This document shows, one piece after another, positions 9,672 to 17,985 of a DNA stretch of 64,000 bases (its first letter is position 1; each line of letters starts with the position of its first letter). Both the position numbers and the translations under genes were made by a program. This stretch comes from Candidatus Levybacteria bacterium RIFCSPLOWO2_12_FULL_41_12 (GTDB lineage: Bacteria > Patescibacteriota > Microgenomatia > Levybacterales > UBA12049). The notes under the pieces are model-generated. The model saw nothing but the letters and a program-made list of their open reading frames with translations. It was not told the DNA's origin and ran no database searches. The stretch spans positions 34,012 through 98,011 of the forward strand of contig MFPL01000002.1 of NCBI GenBank assembly GCA_001784155.1, written 5' to 3'.

Positions 9672-10007
9672 TTATTTTGCGGCGATCATGGAGATTTCTA
9701 TTTTTGCTCCTAGGGGAAGTTCTTTAACAGCGACAGTTTCTCTTGCTGGATATGGTTCTTTGAAATAGCTTGCATAGGTTTCATTAACTTTTTCGTAAAG
9801 CTCCATATCGGTTAGGTAAATGGTAGTTTTAACTACGTTTTCAAAATTCAATCCTTCCTTTTCAAGGATAGATTTGAGGTTTGTCATTACTTGATGCGTT
9901 TGTTCTTCTACAGTTCCTTCCAAAAGCTTTCCATCTTTGAGGTAAACCTGGCCGGATGTAAAAACGAGTCCGTTTTTTGAAACTGATGGCGAAAATGGTA
10001 ACGACAT
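9672..10007 (-). CDS. ridA: RidA/YjgF/TdcF-family reactive-intermediate deaminase
   Basis: Characteristic C-terminus LPLGAKIEISMIAAK and overall 111-aa length. Confidence 0.85.
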   Translation of the reverse strand: MSLPFSPSVSKNGLVFTSGQVYLKDGKLLEGTVEEQTHQVMTNLKSILEKEGLNFENVVKTTIYLTDMELYEKVNETYASYFKEPYPARETVAVKELPLGAKIEISMIAAK

Positions 10008-10032
10008 GAGGAAATTTTACTCCTTTTGCCTT

Positions 10033-10446
10033 CTATTTGCCAGAGTTAAGTCTTAAATATTTTTTGTGTCTTCTTATTAAAATAAGTAAAACAAATATAA
10101 TGTTTAATAAAACTATCGGAACGGAATAAAATAAGTTGTATATATCCCACTTTTGTCCCATCCCAAGCACAAAAACCTCTAAGCATGTAACAAAAGCCAT
10201 TACTGAAACTGGTATCCAGAAAAAGAGGAAAAAGATTATTCCCAGTCTTCTTAAAAATCCAAAAAAAGATTTTGTATGTTTTAGCGAATGGTAAACGATG
10301 AAAACAAGACACAAAATGGCAATAATGATGGAGGGAATTAAAAAGGGAGCCATCATTTTCTGCAATATAGAATCAGTAAAAGAATAAATCAGTATTACGA
10401 AACTAGAAGCCCACAAAAACGGAAAAGTTAAGATTGGCTTAATCAT
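10033..10446 (-). CDS. Membrane protein, hypothetical
   Basis: The listed ORF is longer. The ATG at 10446 (MIKPILTF...) lies 6 nt downstream of a TATAAT box, making it the likely start. Four hydrophobic helices. Confidence 0.5.
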   Translation of the reverse strand: MIKPILTFPFLWASSFVILIYSFTDSILQKMMAPFLIPSIIIAILCLVFIVYHSLKHTKSFFGFLRRLGIIFFLFFWIPVSVMAFVTCLEVFVLGMGQKWDIYNLFYSVPIVLLNIIFVLLILIRRHKKYLRLNSGK

Positions 10447-10550
10447 GGGGCAATTATAACCCTTCGACTGGGCTTCCTTCAAGTCTTCAGGGTAAACAGG
10501 TGTAAAGTGAACTATTGACAACAGTATATACAAAGTATATACTGTTAAAT

Positions 10551-10850
10551 ATGAATACTGCTGTAATAAACATTAAAACAAATCCCGAAGTTAAAGCTAA
10601 GGCTCAAAAAATTGCTGAAGAACTCGGCTTTAGTCTTAGTTCCCTAATAAATGGATATCTAAGAAGCCTTGTGAAGACAAAGGCTGTGCATTTCAATACA
10701 AGTGAGAAGCCGACAGACTATTTAATTCAAGCGCTCAAGGAATCAGAAAAAGATAGAAGAGCAGGAAGAATCGTTTCTTTTAAGAATCTTAAAGATGAGA
10801 TGGATTATCTTGACAAAATGATCGCGGATGATAAAAATAAAAAGAATTGA
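10551..10850 (+). CDS. RelB/DinJ-family antitoxin
   Basis: N-terminus MNTAVINIKTNPEVKAKAQKIAEELGFSLSSLINGYL is the DinJ/RelB ribbon-helix-helix type. Overlaps the downstream toxin gene. Putative promoter TTGACA-N15-TATATA-8-ATG. Confidence 0.7.
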   Translation: MNTAVINIKTNPEVKAKAQKIAEELGFSLSSLINGYLRSLVKTKAVHFNTSEKPTDYLIQALKESEKDRRAGRIVSFKNLKDEMDYLDKMIADDKNKKN

Positions 10851-11097
10851 ATATTCTAGAAAGTTTGATAAAGATTTAAAAAAGTCCCCAACCAAAATTA
10901 AAATAGCATTTAAAAAAAGACGGGAAATTTTCCAGCAAAATCAATTCCATCCGTTGCTTAACAACCATTTACTGACAGGAAACCTTAAGGGATACAGAAG
11001 CATAAATATTACAGGTGATTGGCGAGCAATTTATTCTGAAAGAAATGGTGTAATTACTTTTGAAATTTTAGGGACACATAGCATGCTTTATAAATAA
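10828..11097 (+). CDS. RelE/YafQ-family mRNA interferase toxin
   Basis: 89 aa. IEYSRKFDKDLKK...HPLLNNHLLTGNLKGYRSINITGDWRAIY matches the RelE/YafQ/ParE-superfamily core. Overlaps the antitoxin by 23 nt. Confidence 0.75.
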   Translation: MIKIKRIEYSRKFDKDLKKSPTKIKIAFKKRREIFQQNQFHPLLNNHLLTGNLKGYRSINITGDWRAIYSERNGVITFEILGTHSMLYK

Positions 11098-11222
11098 ACC
11101 ATGTCATTAATAAGAAATAAATCACTGAGTAAAAAGCGTAAAAGAGCAATAGCTTTTGCGGGGTGGCGAAGAAATATTGGAGCAAGAGAGAAAATTATTG
11201 CAAAAGAACTTAGAGATAAATT

Positions 11223-11330
11223 GGGGCAATTATAGCACCCTACTTCACTTCGGTTTCACTCAGTGTAAACCCTTCGACTAGGCTCAGGGCAAGCACCCCA
11301 CTTCACTTCGGTCTAACTCAGTGTAAACGC
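11223..11330. repeat. Intergenic repeat block: GGGGCAATTATAGC core, then two ~35 bp tandem copies of (C)ACCCYACTTCACTTCGGTYTMACTCAGTGTAAAC separated by a CCTTCGACTAGGCTCAGGGCAAGC unit
   Basis: Direct reading. Copy 1 at 11236-11270, copy 2 at 11294-11328 (31/35 identical). The spacer is a variant of the dispersed CCCTTCGACTG.GCTCAGG repeat. Confidence 0.6.
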
Positions 11331-11449
11331 TGTAGGCTTCCACCGACGCTAAAGCTTTGGCGGACAAGACGAGGGGCAAGGATAGAAATTCCAAAATCTA
11401 TTTTAGTAAATTTGATAATAGAAGTGTTTTGATGTAACATACTTCCCAA

Positions 11450-12211
11450 ATGAGTTCTGCAGTCTTTTTACTGGGGTTTATTATTCTTTTCTTGGTAATT
11501 CTTATTCCTTCGATAAAGCAGGTTAATCAATACGAAAGAGGTGTCCGCTTCCGATTTGGGAAATTTCGAGACGAGATGGCGCCCGGATGGAGAATTGTCT
11601 GGCCCGTTATAGAGGGTTGGCAAAGAATTGACATCAGAGTAAAGGCCGTAGACGTCCCGGATCAGGAGGCTATAACCCGAGATAATGTTTCGGCCCGCGT
11701 TAACGCTGTTATTTATTATCGTGTGGATCAGGCAAGGAAGGCAGTTTTGCAGGTGGAGGATTTTTACTATGCGGTCTCCCAACTCGCTCAAACAACCATG
11801 AGGAATGTGATAGGAGAAACTTCCCTTGATGATTTACTCTCCAAGCGTGAACAGGTCGCCAAAAAAATCCAGACAATTATCGACAAGGCCACTGATCCCT
11901 GGGGAGTCAAGGTAGAATCAGTTGAGCTAAAAGATATAATTCTCCCCGAGGAGATGAAAAGGGTTATCGCACGCCAGGCCGAGGCGGAAAGGGAACGCCG
12001 GGCAATTGTTATTCGGGCAGAAGGAGAAAAGGCTGCTGCTGAAAATATTGCTATCGCAGCGGGAAGACTTTCCAAAACCACAGGAGGTCTTCATGTTCGC
12101 ACGCTTCAGACTCTTTCAGAATTAGCATCCGATAAAAGCAACACTATAGTTTTCGTAACTCCCCTTGAAGTGCTCCGCGCTTTTGAAGGAATCATTAAGA
12201 AATTCAAATAA
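11450..12211 (+). CDS. SPFH/band-7 (stomatin/prohibitin-like) membrane protein
   Basis: N-terminal TM helix followed by an SPFH domain (IDIRVKAVDVPDQEAITRDNVSARVNAVIYYRV...), then a coiled-coil Ala/Glu-rich region. Confidence 0.85.
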   Translation: MSSAVFLLGFIILFLVILIPSIKQVNQYERGVRFRFGKFRDEMAPGWRIVWPVIEGWQRIDIRVKAVDVPDQEAITRDNVSARVNAVIYYRVDQARKAVLQVEDFYYAVSQLAQTTMRNVIGETSLDDLLSKREQVAKKIQTIIDKATDPWGVKVESVELKDIILPEEMKRVIARQAEAERERRAIVIRAEGEKAAAENIAIAAGRLSKTTGGLHVRTLQTLSELASDKSNTIVFVTPLEVLRAFEGIIKKFK

Positions 12212-12233
12212 AGGGGCAATTATAGCAGAAGAG

Positions 12234-12686
12234 TTATGCTGCGGTTCGCGGAGGAGGAAGTCGTAGCTTGCCTTTTTGATGAGCGGAAAGTAAATGTTTG
12301 GCACTTACCGATAAACTAGGAAGCGCTGCCATCTCGGCCCAAGAAAAATATTCTATATCGTCATGTATAGACTCTACAACGTGAGGAGTTCCAGACACAA
12401 TTTTTGAGTTATACCAAATGTATAGCTTAGGTTTATCTTCAAAGTAGTGAGCTCTTCCAGCTTCTTGTTCTACCTCAATATCTATTCCAGCTTCCTCACC
12501 GGCTTCCCGGGCGGCAGTTAAAGTAGGATCTTCACCAGGGTTTGATTTTCCGCCAATTATTTCCCACTGGTTTTTTTCGGGAGTATTTCGATGTATCAGA
12601 AGAACTCTGCCTAAATCGTCTTGGATAATTGAACCGGCCATTACTGTTACCGGCGATGGTTCAAATTCCTGCCCAACCAATGTCAT
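12234..12686 (-). CDS. NUDIX hydrolase
   Basis: Nudix box GGKSNPGEDPTLTAAREAGEEAGI. ATG at 12686 lies 8 nt downstream of TGTTATAAT (extended -10). The listed TTG start at 12695 is probably not used. Confidence 0.85.
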   Translation of the reverse strand: MTLVGQEFEPSPVTVMAGSIIQDDLGRVLLIHRNTPEKNQWEIIGGKSNPGEDPTLTAAREAGEEAGIDIEVEQEAGRAHYFEDKPKLYIWYNSKIVSGTPHVVESIHDDIEYFSWAEMAALPSLSVSAKHLLSAHQKGKLRLPPPRTAA

Positions 12687-12735
12687 TAAGGGCAATTATA
12701 ACACCCCACTCTGTTATAAACTACTAAGGGCAAAG
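12687..12735 (-). promoter_or_regulatory. Predicted leaderless promoter of the NUDIX gene (TGTTATAAT-8-ATG) carrying the GGGCAATTATAAC repeat core
   Basis: Minus strand reads gggGTGTTATAATtgcccttaATG. Confidence 0.5.
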
Positions 12736-12770
12736 GAAGTAGTATTTAACAAATACGCTAAAAAATTTCT

Positions 12771-12959
12771 TTACTTCTCTAGCTTATATGCGCTCCAGGC
12801 AAGAAAGCCCGCAGCTACTGCTCCGACAATGCTTAGCCACATTGGAACTACCCACCCCCCAACATTTACGCTCCAACCCAAAAACAACCTTAAAATATGG
12901 AAAGATCCAACTAACAAAAACAGAAGACATGTAACCTGATTGTAGGTTTTTTGCTTCAT
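12771..12959 (-). CDS. Small two-TM membrane protein
   Basis: 62 aa. Preceded by a strong SD (AGGAGGTGAGTAA-ATG). Confidence 0.5.
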   Translation of the reverse strand: MKQKTYNQVTCLLFLLVGSFHILRLFLGWSVNVGGWVVPMWLSIVGAVAAGFLAWSAYKLEK

Positions 12960-13006
12960 TTACTCACCTCCTTTCAGGATTTTCCTAAAGACCAACTAAT
13001 TTCGTT

Positions 13007-13126
13007 CTATCTATATTTCTTGCTAGTTTTTAAGGCTAGCATTTTTCGTTTTATCTCAAGCCTTTTCTTGGTTTTGTGCGGATGAGATCTCTTTTCGTTC
13101 CCAAGTCCTGTATCTCGTTTTGCCAT
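13007..13126 (-). CDS. Small basic protein (39 aa), possible bL28-like ribosomal protein fragment
   Basis: Not in the ORF track (<60 aa). MAKRDTGLGNEKRSHPHKTKKRLEIKRKMLALKTSKKYR. The GN..SH...KTK(K/R)R(L/F) block resembles the bL28 core GNNVSHSxxKTKRRF. Preceded by GTATAAT-7-ATG. Confidence 0.3.
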   Translation of the reverse strand: MAKRDTGLGNEKRSHPHKTKKRLEIKRKMLALKTSKKYR

Positions 13127-13170
13127 ATATCAAATTATACACTATTAATAATTCCTAAATCTCTAGGCGC

Positions 13171-14379
13171 TTACTCGACGAAGGTTAGCGCAGTACCTCT
13201 TTTACCGGCGCGCCCGGTTCTTCCAATTCTATGAATATAGTCTCTATATGACGCAGGCTGGTCATAATTTATGACATGAGTTACGTCCTCTATGTCAAGT
13301 CCGCGGGAGGCCACATCCGTTGCGATAAGAACCTGAAGCCTATTTTCCTTAAAGCCGTCAAGCGCACGCTGACGCTGATTTTGTGATTTATTTCCATGAA
13401 TTGCGGCTGTTTTAAAACCGCGATCAAGAAGTGTACGCGACAATTTTTCCATTCCCCATTTAGTTCTTCCGAAAATTAATACTTTATCAAATCCCGGTTT
13501 AATTAAGAGGTCATGGAGTACGTCTATTTTTTGCCTGCCCGTTAATCGCACAATATCCTGCTCTATATTCTCTGCTGTATCTTGCTGTTTTACAGAAACA
13601 GTCACAGGATTTGTTACAAAGCTTCGAAGGATTTCCTGTGTTTTTTCATCTACTGTCGCTGAGAAAAATAGTGACTGGCGCACTTTTGGAAGTAGCGAGA
13701 TGAGATACTTTATGTCTTTTATAAATCCTATGTCTACCATCCTATCTACCTCATCAAGAACTACATTCTGGAATTGCATTAGATTAAGCTCTCTTCTTTC
13801 AATAAGATCCTTAAGTCTCCCCGGAGTACCGATAACAAAATGCGGTTTATGTCGAAGAGCATAAGTCTGTCTCCTAATATTTATTCCTCCGACTGTAGTT
13901 ACAGACTCAAGATCCATGCCTTTTGCAAAAAGACGGAATTCTTCTCCAATTTGTACTGCAAGCTCTCGGGTAGGAACAACTATTAAAACTCTCTGGTTTC
14001 GATCCAAAAATGATTTATTAACTAGAGTTATAAGAAAAGCCGCGGTCTTGCCTGTTCCTGTATTTGCAATACCAATAAGGTCTCGTCCTAAAAGTATTTC
14101 CGGGATTGCCTTTTCCTGGATTGCGGTGGGAGTAGTATATCCGTGGTCAATAATGTTACGCGAAAGCTTCTCAACGATTTTATAATCTGAAAATTTCCCA
14201 TTCGTCACTTCGCTCCTCAGGGCAAGCGCGTCCGTATCTTGCTCTTTTGCGCTTTTGACAAAAAATCTAGGGTCAAGCTTCTTCTCAAATCTGGGTGCTC
14301 TTCCACGAAAATTATTCGTGCGAGCACGATAATTACCGCCACCATTGTGACTATGATTTCGACCATTGCCTTTGTACAT
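13171..14379 (-). CDS. DEAD-box ATP-dependent RNA helicase with RGG/Asn-rich N-terminal tail
   Basis: Q-motif, Walker A ANTGTGKTAAF, DEVD (DEAD variant), SAT, and HRIGRTGRAG motif VI. Confidence 0.9.
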   Translation of the reverse strand: MYKGNGRNHSHNGGGNYRARTNNFRGRAPRFEKKLDPRFFVKSAKEQDTDALALRSEVTNGKFSDYKIVEKLSRNIIDHGYTTPTAIQEKAIPEILLGRDLIGIANTGTGKTAAFLITLVNKSFLDRNQRVLIVVPTRELAVQIGEEFRLFAKGMDLESVTTVGGINIRRQTYALRHKPHFVIGTPGRLKDLIERRELNLMQFQNVVLDEVDRMVDIGFIKDIKYLISLLPKVRQSLFFSATVDEKTQEILRSFVTNPVTVSVKQQDTAENIEQDIVRLTGRQKIDVLHDLLIKPGFDKVLIFGRTKWGMEKLSRTLLDRGFKTAAIHGNKSQNQRQRALDGFKENRLQVLIATDVASRGLDIEDVTHVINYDQPASYRDYIHRIGRTGRAGKRGTALTFVE

Positions 14380-14382
14380 ATT

Positions 14383-14640
14383 TTACCTTTCTACTTGTGG
14401 TTTGGCTTCTTTTACGGCGATCTGACGTCCATTGAGATCTGACCCGTTAAGTTTGTCCATTGCAGTTTTGGCTAATTCTTCTGTCTCCATTTCTACAAAA
14501 CCAAAACCTTTACCTTGTCCTGTATTTCTATCAACTATAACCTTTGCTGATAAAACTTTTCCAATTGTTGCAAAAAGTTCTTCCAGCTGCGCGTCTGTAG
14601 TTGCGTAATCAAGACTTCCTATAAATAATTTATTTGTCAT
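14383..14640 (-). CDS. RRM-type RNA-binding protein
   Basis: RNP-2 LFIGSL and RNP-1 KGFGFVEM. Strong SD AGGAGG 9 nt upstream. Lies 3 nt upstream of the DEAD-box helicase, so probably an operon. Confidence 0.85.
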   Translation of the reverse strand: MTNKLFIGSLDYATTDAQLEELFATIGKVLSAKVIVDRNTGQGKGFGFVEMETEELAKTAMDKLNGSDLNGRQIAVKEAKPQVER

Positions 14641-14858
14641 TTATTCGTTCCTCCTTTCTCTTAAAGATTAATATTGTTATGCAAATAGCTCTGCTCAAAT
14701 GTGAAGTGGTTTAATTGGGATGAAGATACAAACATGTGGAAAAATTGAGGTATCTTTTGTCTTTTAAAAAACTAAATCAAAATGTAAGCAGATTTATTCG
14801 CGAACAATTTACTACATAAGCATTATAACACAACTCAAGTCTTAATTCAAACTATAGG

Positions 14859-15245
14859 TTAACTATAAGCCGCTGTGATAAGAGAACCGTGCCTAGAAAC
14901 AAACTCCCGCGTAGGGCTGGATAGTAAGAGCTTCTGAAGCTCTTTGAGAGTGAAAAATGCGAGCGTTTGTCCTTCTGCACGCTGAATATGGTTTACGTTG
15001 TCGTCGGTAAGGCAGGCGTGATAGCAAGATCTAGATACGAATTCAACATTTTCAACTCTTATTCCCATCTCTTTCTCTATAATTTTTCCAAGCGCATCCT
15101 CAAAAGACTCTTTCGTTGCTTTCGTGCCTCCTATAAAACTCCACGCGTGCTTTTCTTCATCGATTGCGCTATTCTGCCTGTACATAAGAAGCGCTTTGTT
15201 CTTATAGGTAAGGAGGATCAGACTTGAGGAAAATTTATCATCCAT
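14859..15245 (-). CDS. Degenerate NUDIX-fold protein
   Basis: Nudix-box-like GGTKATKESFEDALGKIIEKEMGI with Lys in place of the catalytic Arg-Glu pattern (REx2EE becomes KIIEKE). Confidence 0.45.
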   Translation of the reverse strand: MDDKFSSSLILLTYKNKALLMYRQNSAIDEEKHAWSFIGGTKATKESFEDALGKIIEKEMGIRVENVEFVSRSCYHACLTDDNVNHIQRAEGQTLAFFTLKELQKLLLSSPTREFVSRHGSLITAAYS

Positions 15246-15416
15246 TAATTACATTATAGACCCATTTGGAGAGAAAAGGTTGAGCAAAATCAGGCTAAAC
15301 GTAACAAAGTCGAAGTGCTGAGCATTCCGCTCCAGACCCATTATATCACTATAGCGGTGTCTCAATTTTGTAGCTGGACAACCTATAATTTTTGGTGTAA
15401 TACTTTATATAGACAC

Positions 15417-16505
15417 ATGCTTGTAGAGCAAAGAGAAATAGCTCGAATGCAAGTCCAAATGGAAAACAATGAAGGTATTAGTCCTGAAATATTGCCTGCT
15501 GAGAAAGTTCGTGTATTAATCCCCTACGATCCCGAGGTTGCACATTATAATGCCGCAGTAATAAGATCAAGAAAAAATCCTAGCGATTTACTTATTTTAC
15601 TGCGAGAAGTATCACGGGCCACTGTAAAATCCGGTATTCCCGATAAAGGAAATTTACTTATCTATCGATCAACGCCTGAGAAAGTTGAGAAAATTGGTCA
15701 ATTAGATTTATCCGACCCTACTGTAATCGGTTGGGAAGATGTTCGGGCTTTTAGCTCTGATGAAACCGTTGTAGACGACCAAGGTATTGAGAGCGAAAGA
15801 GTTTTATTAGGCCTGACAGCAATTAGAGCTAGTGACAATAAGCCTGTCGCCGCAACGGTAAGAGGAGAAGTTATTGATGGTAATTTTTTTGTAGAGCAAG
15901 GATCTTTACTTGTTTATCTTGACGATGAAGGGAAAAACGTAACGCCGATTTCTCTTACAGAATCTCTATTTAGAAGAGAGGGGTCTAGTCATTCTTTGGA
16001 AGTAGTTGAACATAGCAAAGATGAGAATGGCCGGAATAAGCTACGTGTTAAAAAAACTATCCAATTTCCCCAAAAACCGTGGTGTGAATGGCGGATTGGA
16101 ACACAAGCTCAAATTCTTCCTGGAGGAATACTCCCAATTCATGGGGTAAACAGATTTAGTTTGGGAATTGATTCCAAAACAGGCGAAGAAGTTTATGGTT
16201 ATACATATAGTATGGGTCTTGCTCAATTAGATGAGGATCTAAATGTTGTTAAAATTACCGATACTCCATTGTTTACCCGGGAATCATTCAGAAACATACT
16301 CCCCACGGGAACAGAACTGAATACTAATAAGAACGTTATTTACTGTTGTGGATATTCGGTTGAGGGAGATATGGTTAAGTTTGTTATCAATATAGGGGAT
16401 CTTATGACGGTTGAGGTTTCCAAAAGCTTGTTTGAGTTAAGAAGAGCATTAGACAAATCTTCTCCTATTGTCTCAAAAGAAATGATTGATAAGGCAGCAG
16501 CCTAG
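15417..16505 (+). CDS. Hypothetical protein (362 aa from ATG 15417) with no recognisable domain
   Basis: Long clean ORF. The listed start at 15315 lies inside the upstream repeat. ATG 15417 is 6 nt downstream of TTATAT. Confidence 0.55.
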   Translation: MLVEQREIARMQVQMENNEGISPEILPAEKVRVLIPYDPEVAHYNAAVIRSRKNPSDLLILLREVSRATVKSGIPDKGNLLIYRSTPEKVEKIGQLDLSDPTVIGWEDVRAFSSDETVVDDQGIESERVLLGLTAIRASDNKPVAATVRGEVIDGNFFVEQGSLLVYLDDEGKNVTPISLTESLFRREGSSHSLEVVEHSKDENGRNKLRVKKTIQFPQKPWCEWRIGTQAQILPGGILPIHGVNRFSLGIDSKTGEEVYGYTYSMGLAQLDEDLNVVKITDTPLFTRESFRNILPTGTELNTNKNVIYCCGYSVEGDMVKFVINIGDLMTVEVSKSLFELRRALDKSSPIVSKEMIDKAAA

Positions 16506-16686
16506 GATTTATATTAATTCCTAAAAATATAGGGATTACGGTCTATGTTGACATAGTCCAATTTCATATATTGTTCAGATACCGGACGGTATCTGGCCGC
16601 GGTACATTCTCACTTGCAAAGCAAGGTATCGAATGGTACCTTACTGAGCAGGCCGGTCAAGACCCCTTCAATCATTATAGCTTTAA

Positions 16687-17583
16687 CTATTGATAAATTA
16701 AATAAAGGCCTAGGAACATTAGGAAAATAGCTAAAACTTTAACCCCTAAAGCGCTTTTGCTTAATTCCTCTTTAAGTATTTTAGGAAACCAGATTGAAAG
16801 AAAAACAGTAAAAATAAGAACAAACGCACTTTGAAATCCTCTAGTTACGCTAATTAACGTAACAGGTCCAGTTATTAGAGCCCAATTTATGCTTAACGAT
16901 GCTCCGGCTACGAAAAGCATAGCCATTATCAGAAGTATCCAACCCACAGGTTTTAAATTTGAAAAATTATCAACTAATCTATTTTTAAAATTAGGTATTA
17001 AAAGAAGTAGCGGTGTGGGAAGAAATTGGCCAAAAATTAAATAGACTGTTAAGTCCCAAAATGGATAAGAAACGTATAAAGGTTTTAAAATTACAATTTG
17101 AATTGCATAGATTAAACTGGATAAAACCATCAACCAAAAAGCATTCCTTAATTTAAATACACCCTCTATTCTCTTGAGAGAAATTAAAAAACCACCTATT
17201 AAGATCAATATAAAAGCAAGGTATTGAGGCCTGGTTAAAACTTCTCCCAAAAATAAAAAGGAGAGTATCAGGACAAAGGGCGGAGTCAGCTGAAATAAAG
17301 GTATTACTCGAGATATTTCTTCTTTGGAGATTGCTTGGTAAAAAGCAAAAACAGCGATTATTTGAAACGAGCCGGCAAACACAGCAAGTGCCACTGGGAC
17401 GGGACCAATCCAGCTTAAACCATTGAATAAGATAATGATTAGGGCGAGAAGTAACGAAGAAATTCCAGCTACAAAAGTTAATATAAGCGGGTTTTTGAGA
17501 TGCTTTCCTATTAATAGTTTATCTACAATATTATCCGCCGCCCATAAGGCTCGAGACAAAAGAGAAAAAATTACCCACTCCAT
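16687..17583 (-). CDS. EamA/DMT-family transporter
   Basis: 298 aa, ~10 TM helices with a two-fold EamA repeat organisation. Confidence 0.75.
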   Translation of the reverse strand: MEWVIFSLLSRALWAADNIVDKLLIGKHLKNPLILTFVAGISSLLLALIIILFNGLSWIGPVPVALAVFAGSFQIIAVFAFYQAISKEEISRVIPLFQLTPPFVLILSFLFLGEVLTRPQYLAFILILIGGFLISLKRIEGVFKLRNAFWLMVLSSLIYAIQIVILKPLYVSYPFWDLTVYLIFGQFLPTPLLLLIPNFKNRLVDNFSNLKPVGWILLIMAMLFVAGASLSINWALITGPVTLISVTRGFQSAFVLIFTVFLSIWFPKILKEELSKSALGVKVLAIFLMFLGLYLIYQ

Positions 17584-17593
17584 ATCGTTGAAA

Positions 17594-17878
17594 TTATAGC
17601 TCTTTTAAGAATCTTAAATCTCCCAAAATTAATGCCTCCTTTTTAGCACGAGACCATTGCTTCAATTGCCATTCACGTTTCATTGCTTTCGAACGGGTTT
17701 TAAAAGATTCCGAGTAAACAAGCTTAAAGGAATTGTAATAACGAGTATACTTTGCAGATTTTGAAGTTTTATTTTTGTGTTCAAGAATTCTTTTCTCTAA
17801 ATTATTTGTTTGTCCGATGTAAAGAGTATTTGATGAGGTGCGAAGAATATAAACGTAAAAGACTATCTTTCGATTCAT
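17594..17878 (-). CDS. GIY-YIG nuclease-domain protein (small stand-alone)
   Basis: FYVYIL...YIGQTNNLEKRILEHK is the GIY-YIG core. Confidence 0.8.
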   Translation of the reverse strand: MNRKIVFYVYILRTSSNTLYIGQTNNLEKRILEHKNKTSKSAKYTRYYNSFKLVYSESFKTRSKAMKREWQLKQWSRAKKEALILGDLRFLKEL

Positions 17879-17943
17879 TTCATGGTTCGACTTTGCTCAC
17901 CATTGTAATTCGCTCAAGACCATCTTCCTTGTTCATGGCTATA

Positions 17944-17985
17944 GCCCTGAGCGCAGTCGAAGGGCTGAGCATACCGCTCTAGACC
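17944..17985. repeat. Dispersed-repeat copy GCCCTGAGCGCAGTCGAAGGGCTGAGCATACCGCTCTAGACC
   Basis: Contains the reverse complement of the CCCTTCGACTGCGCTCAGGGC unit seen at 9299-9317. Its second half matches 15309-15338 at 27/30 positions. Confidence 0.6.

Noticed and set aside
11236-11330. Tandem 35-bp repeats as a possible tRNA or tmRNA fragment
   Set aside because: No acceptor/T-arm cloverleaf can be drawn. No GTTCRA T-loop.
9652-12251. GGGGCAATTATAGCAGAAG motif following genes whose proteins end in ...AAK* / ...AA* as a possible recoding or tagging signal
   Set aside because: Only two cases. Other copies of the core sit upstream of start codons in promoter position. Coincidence is more economical.
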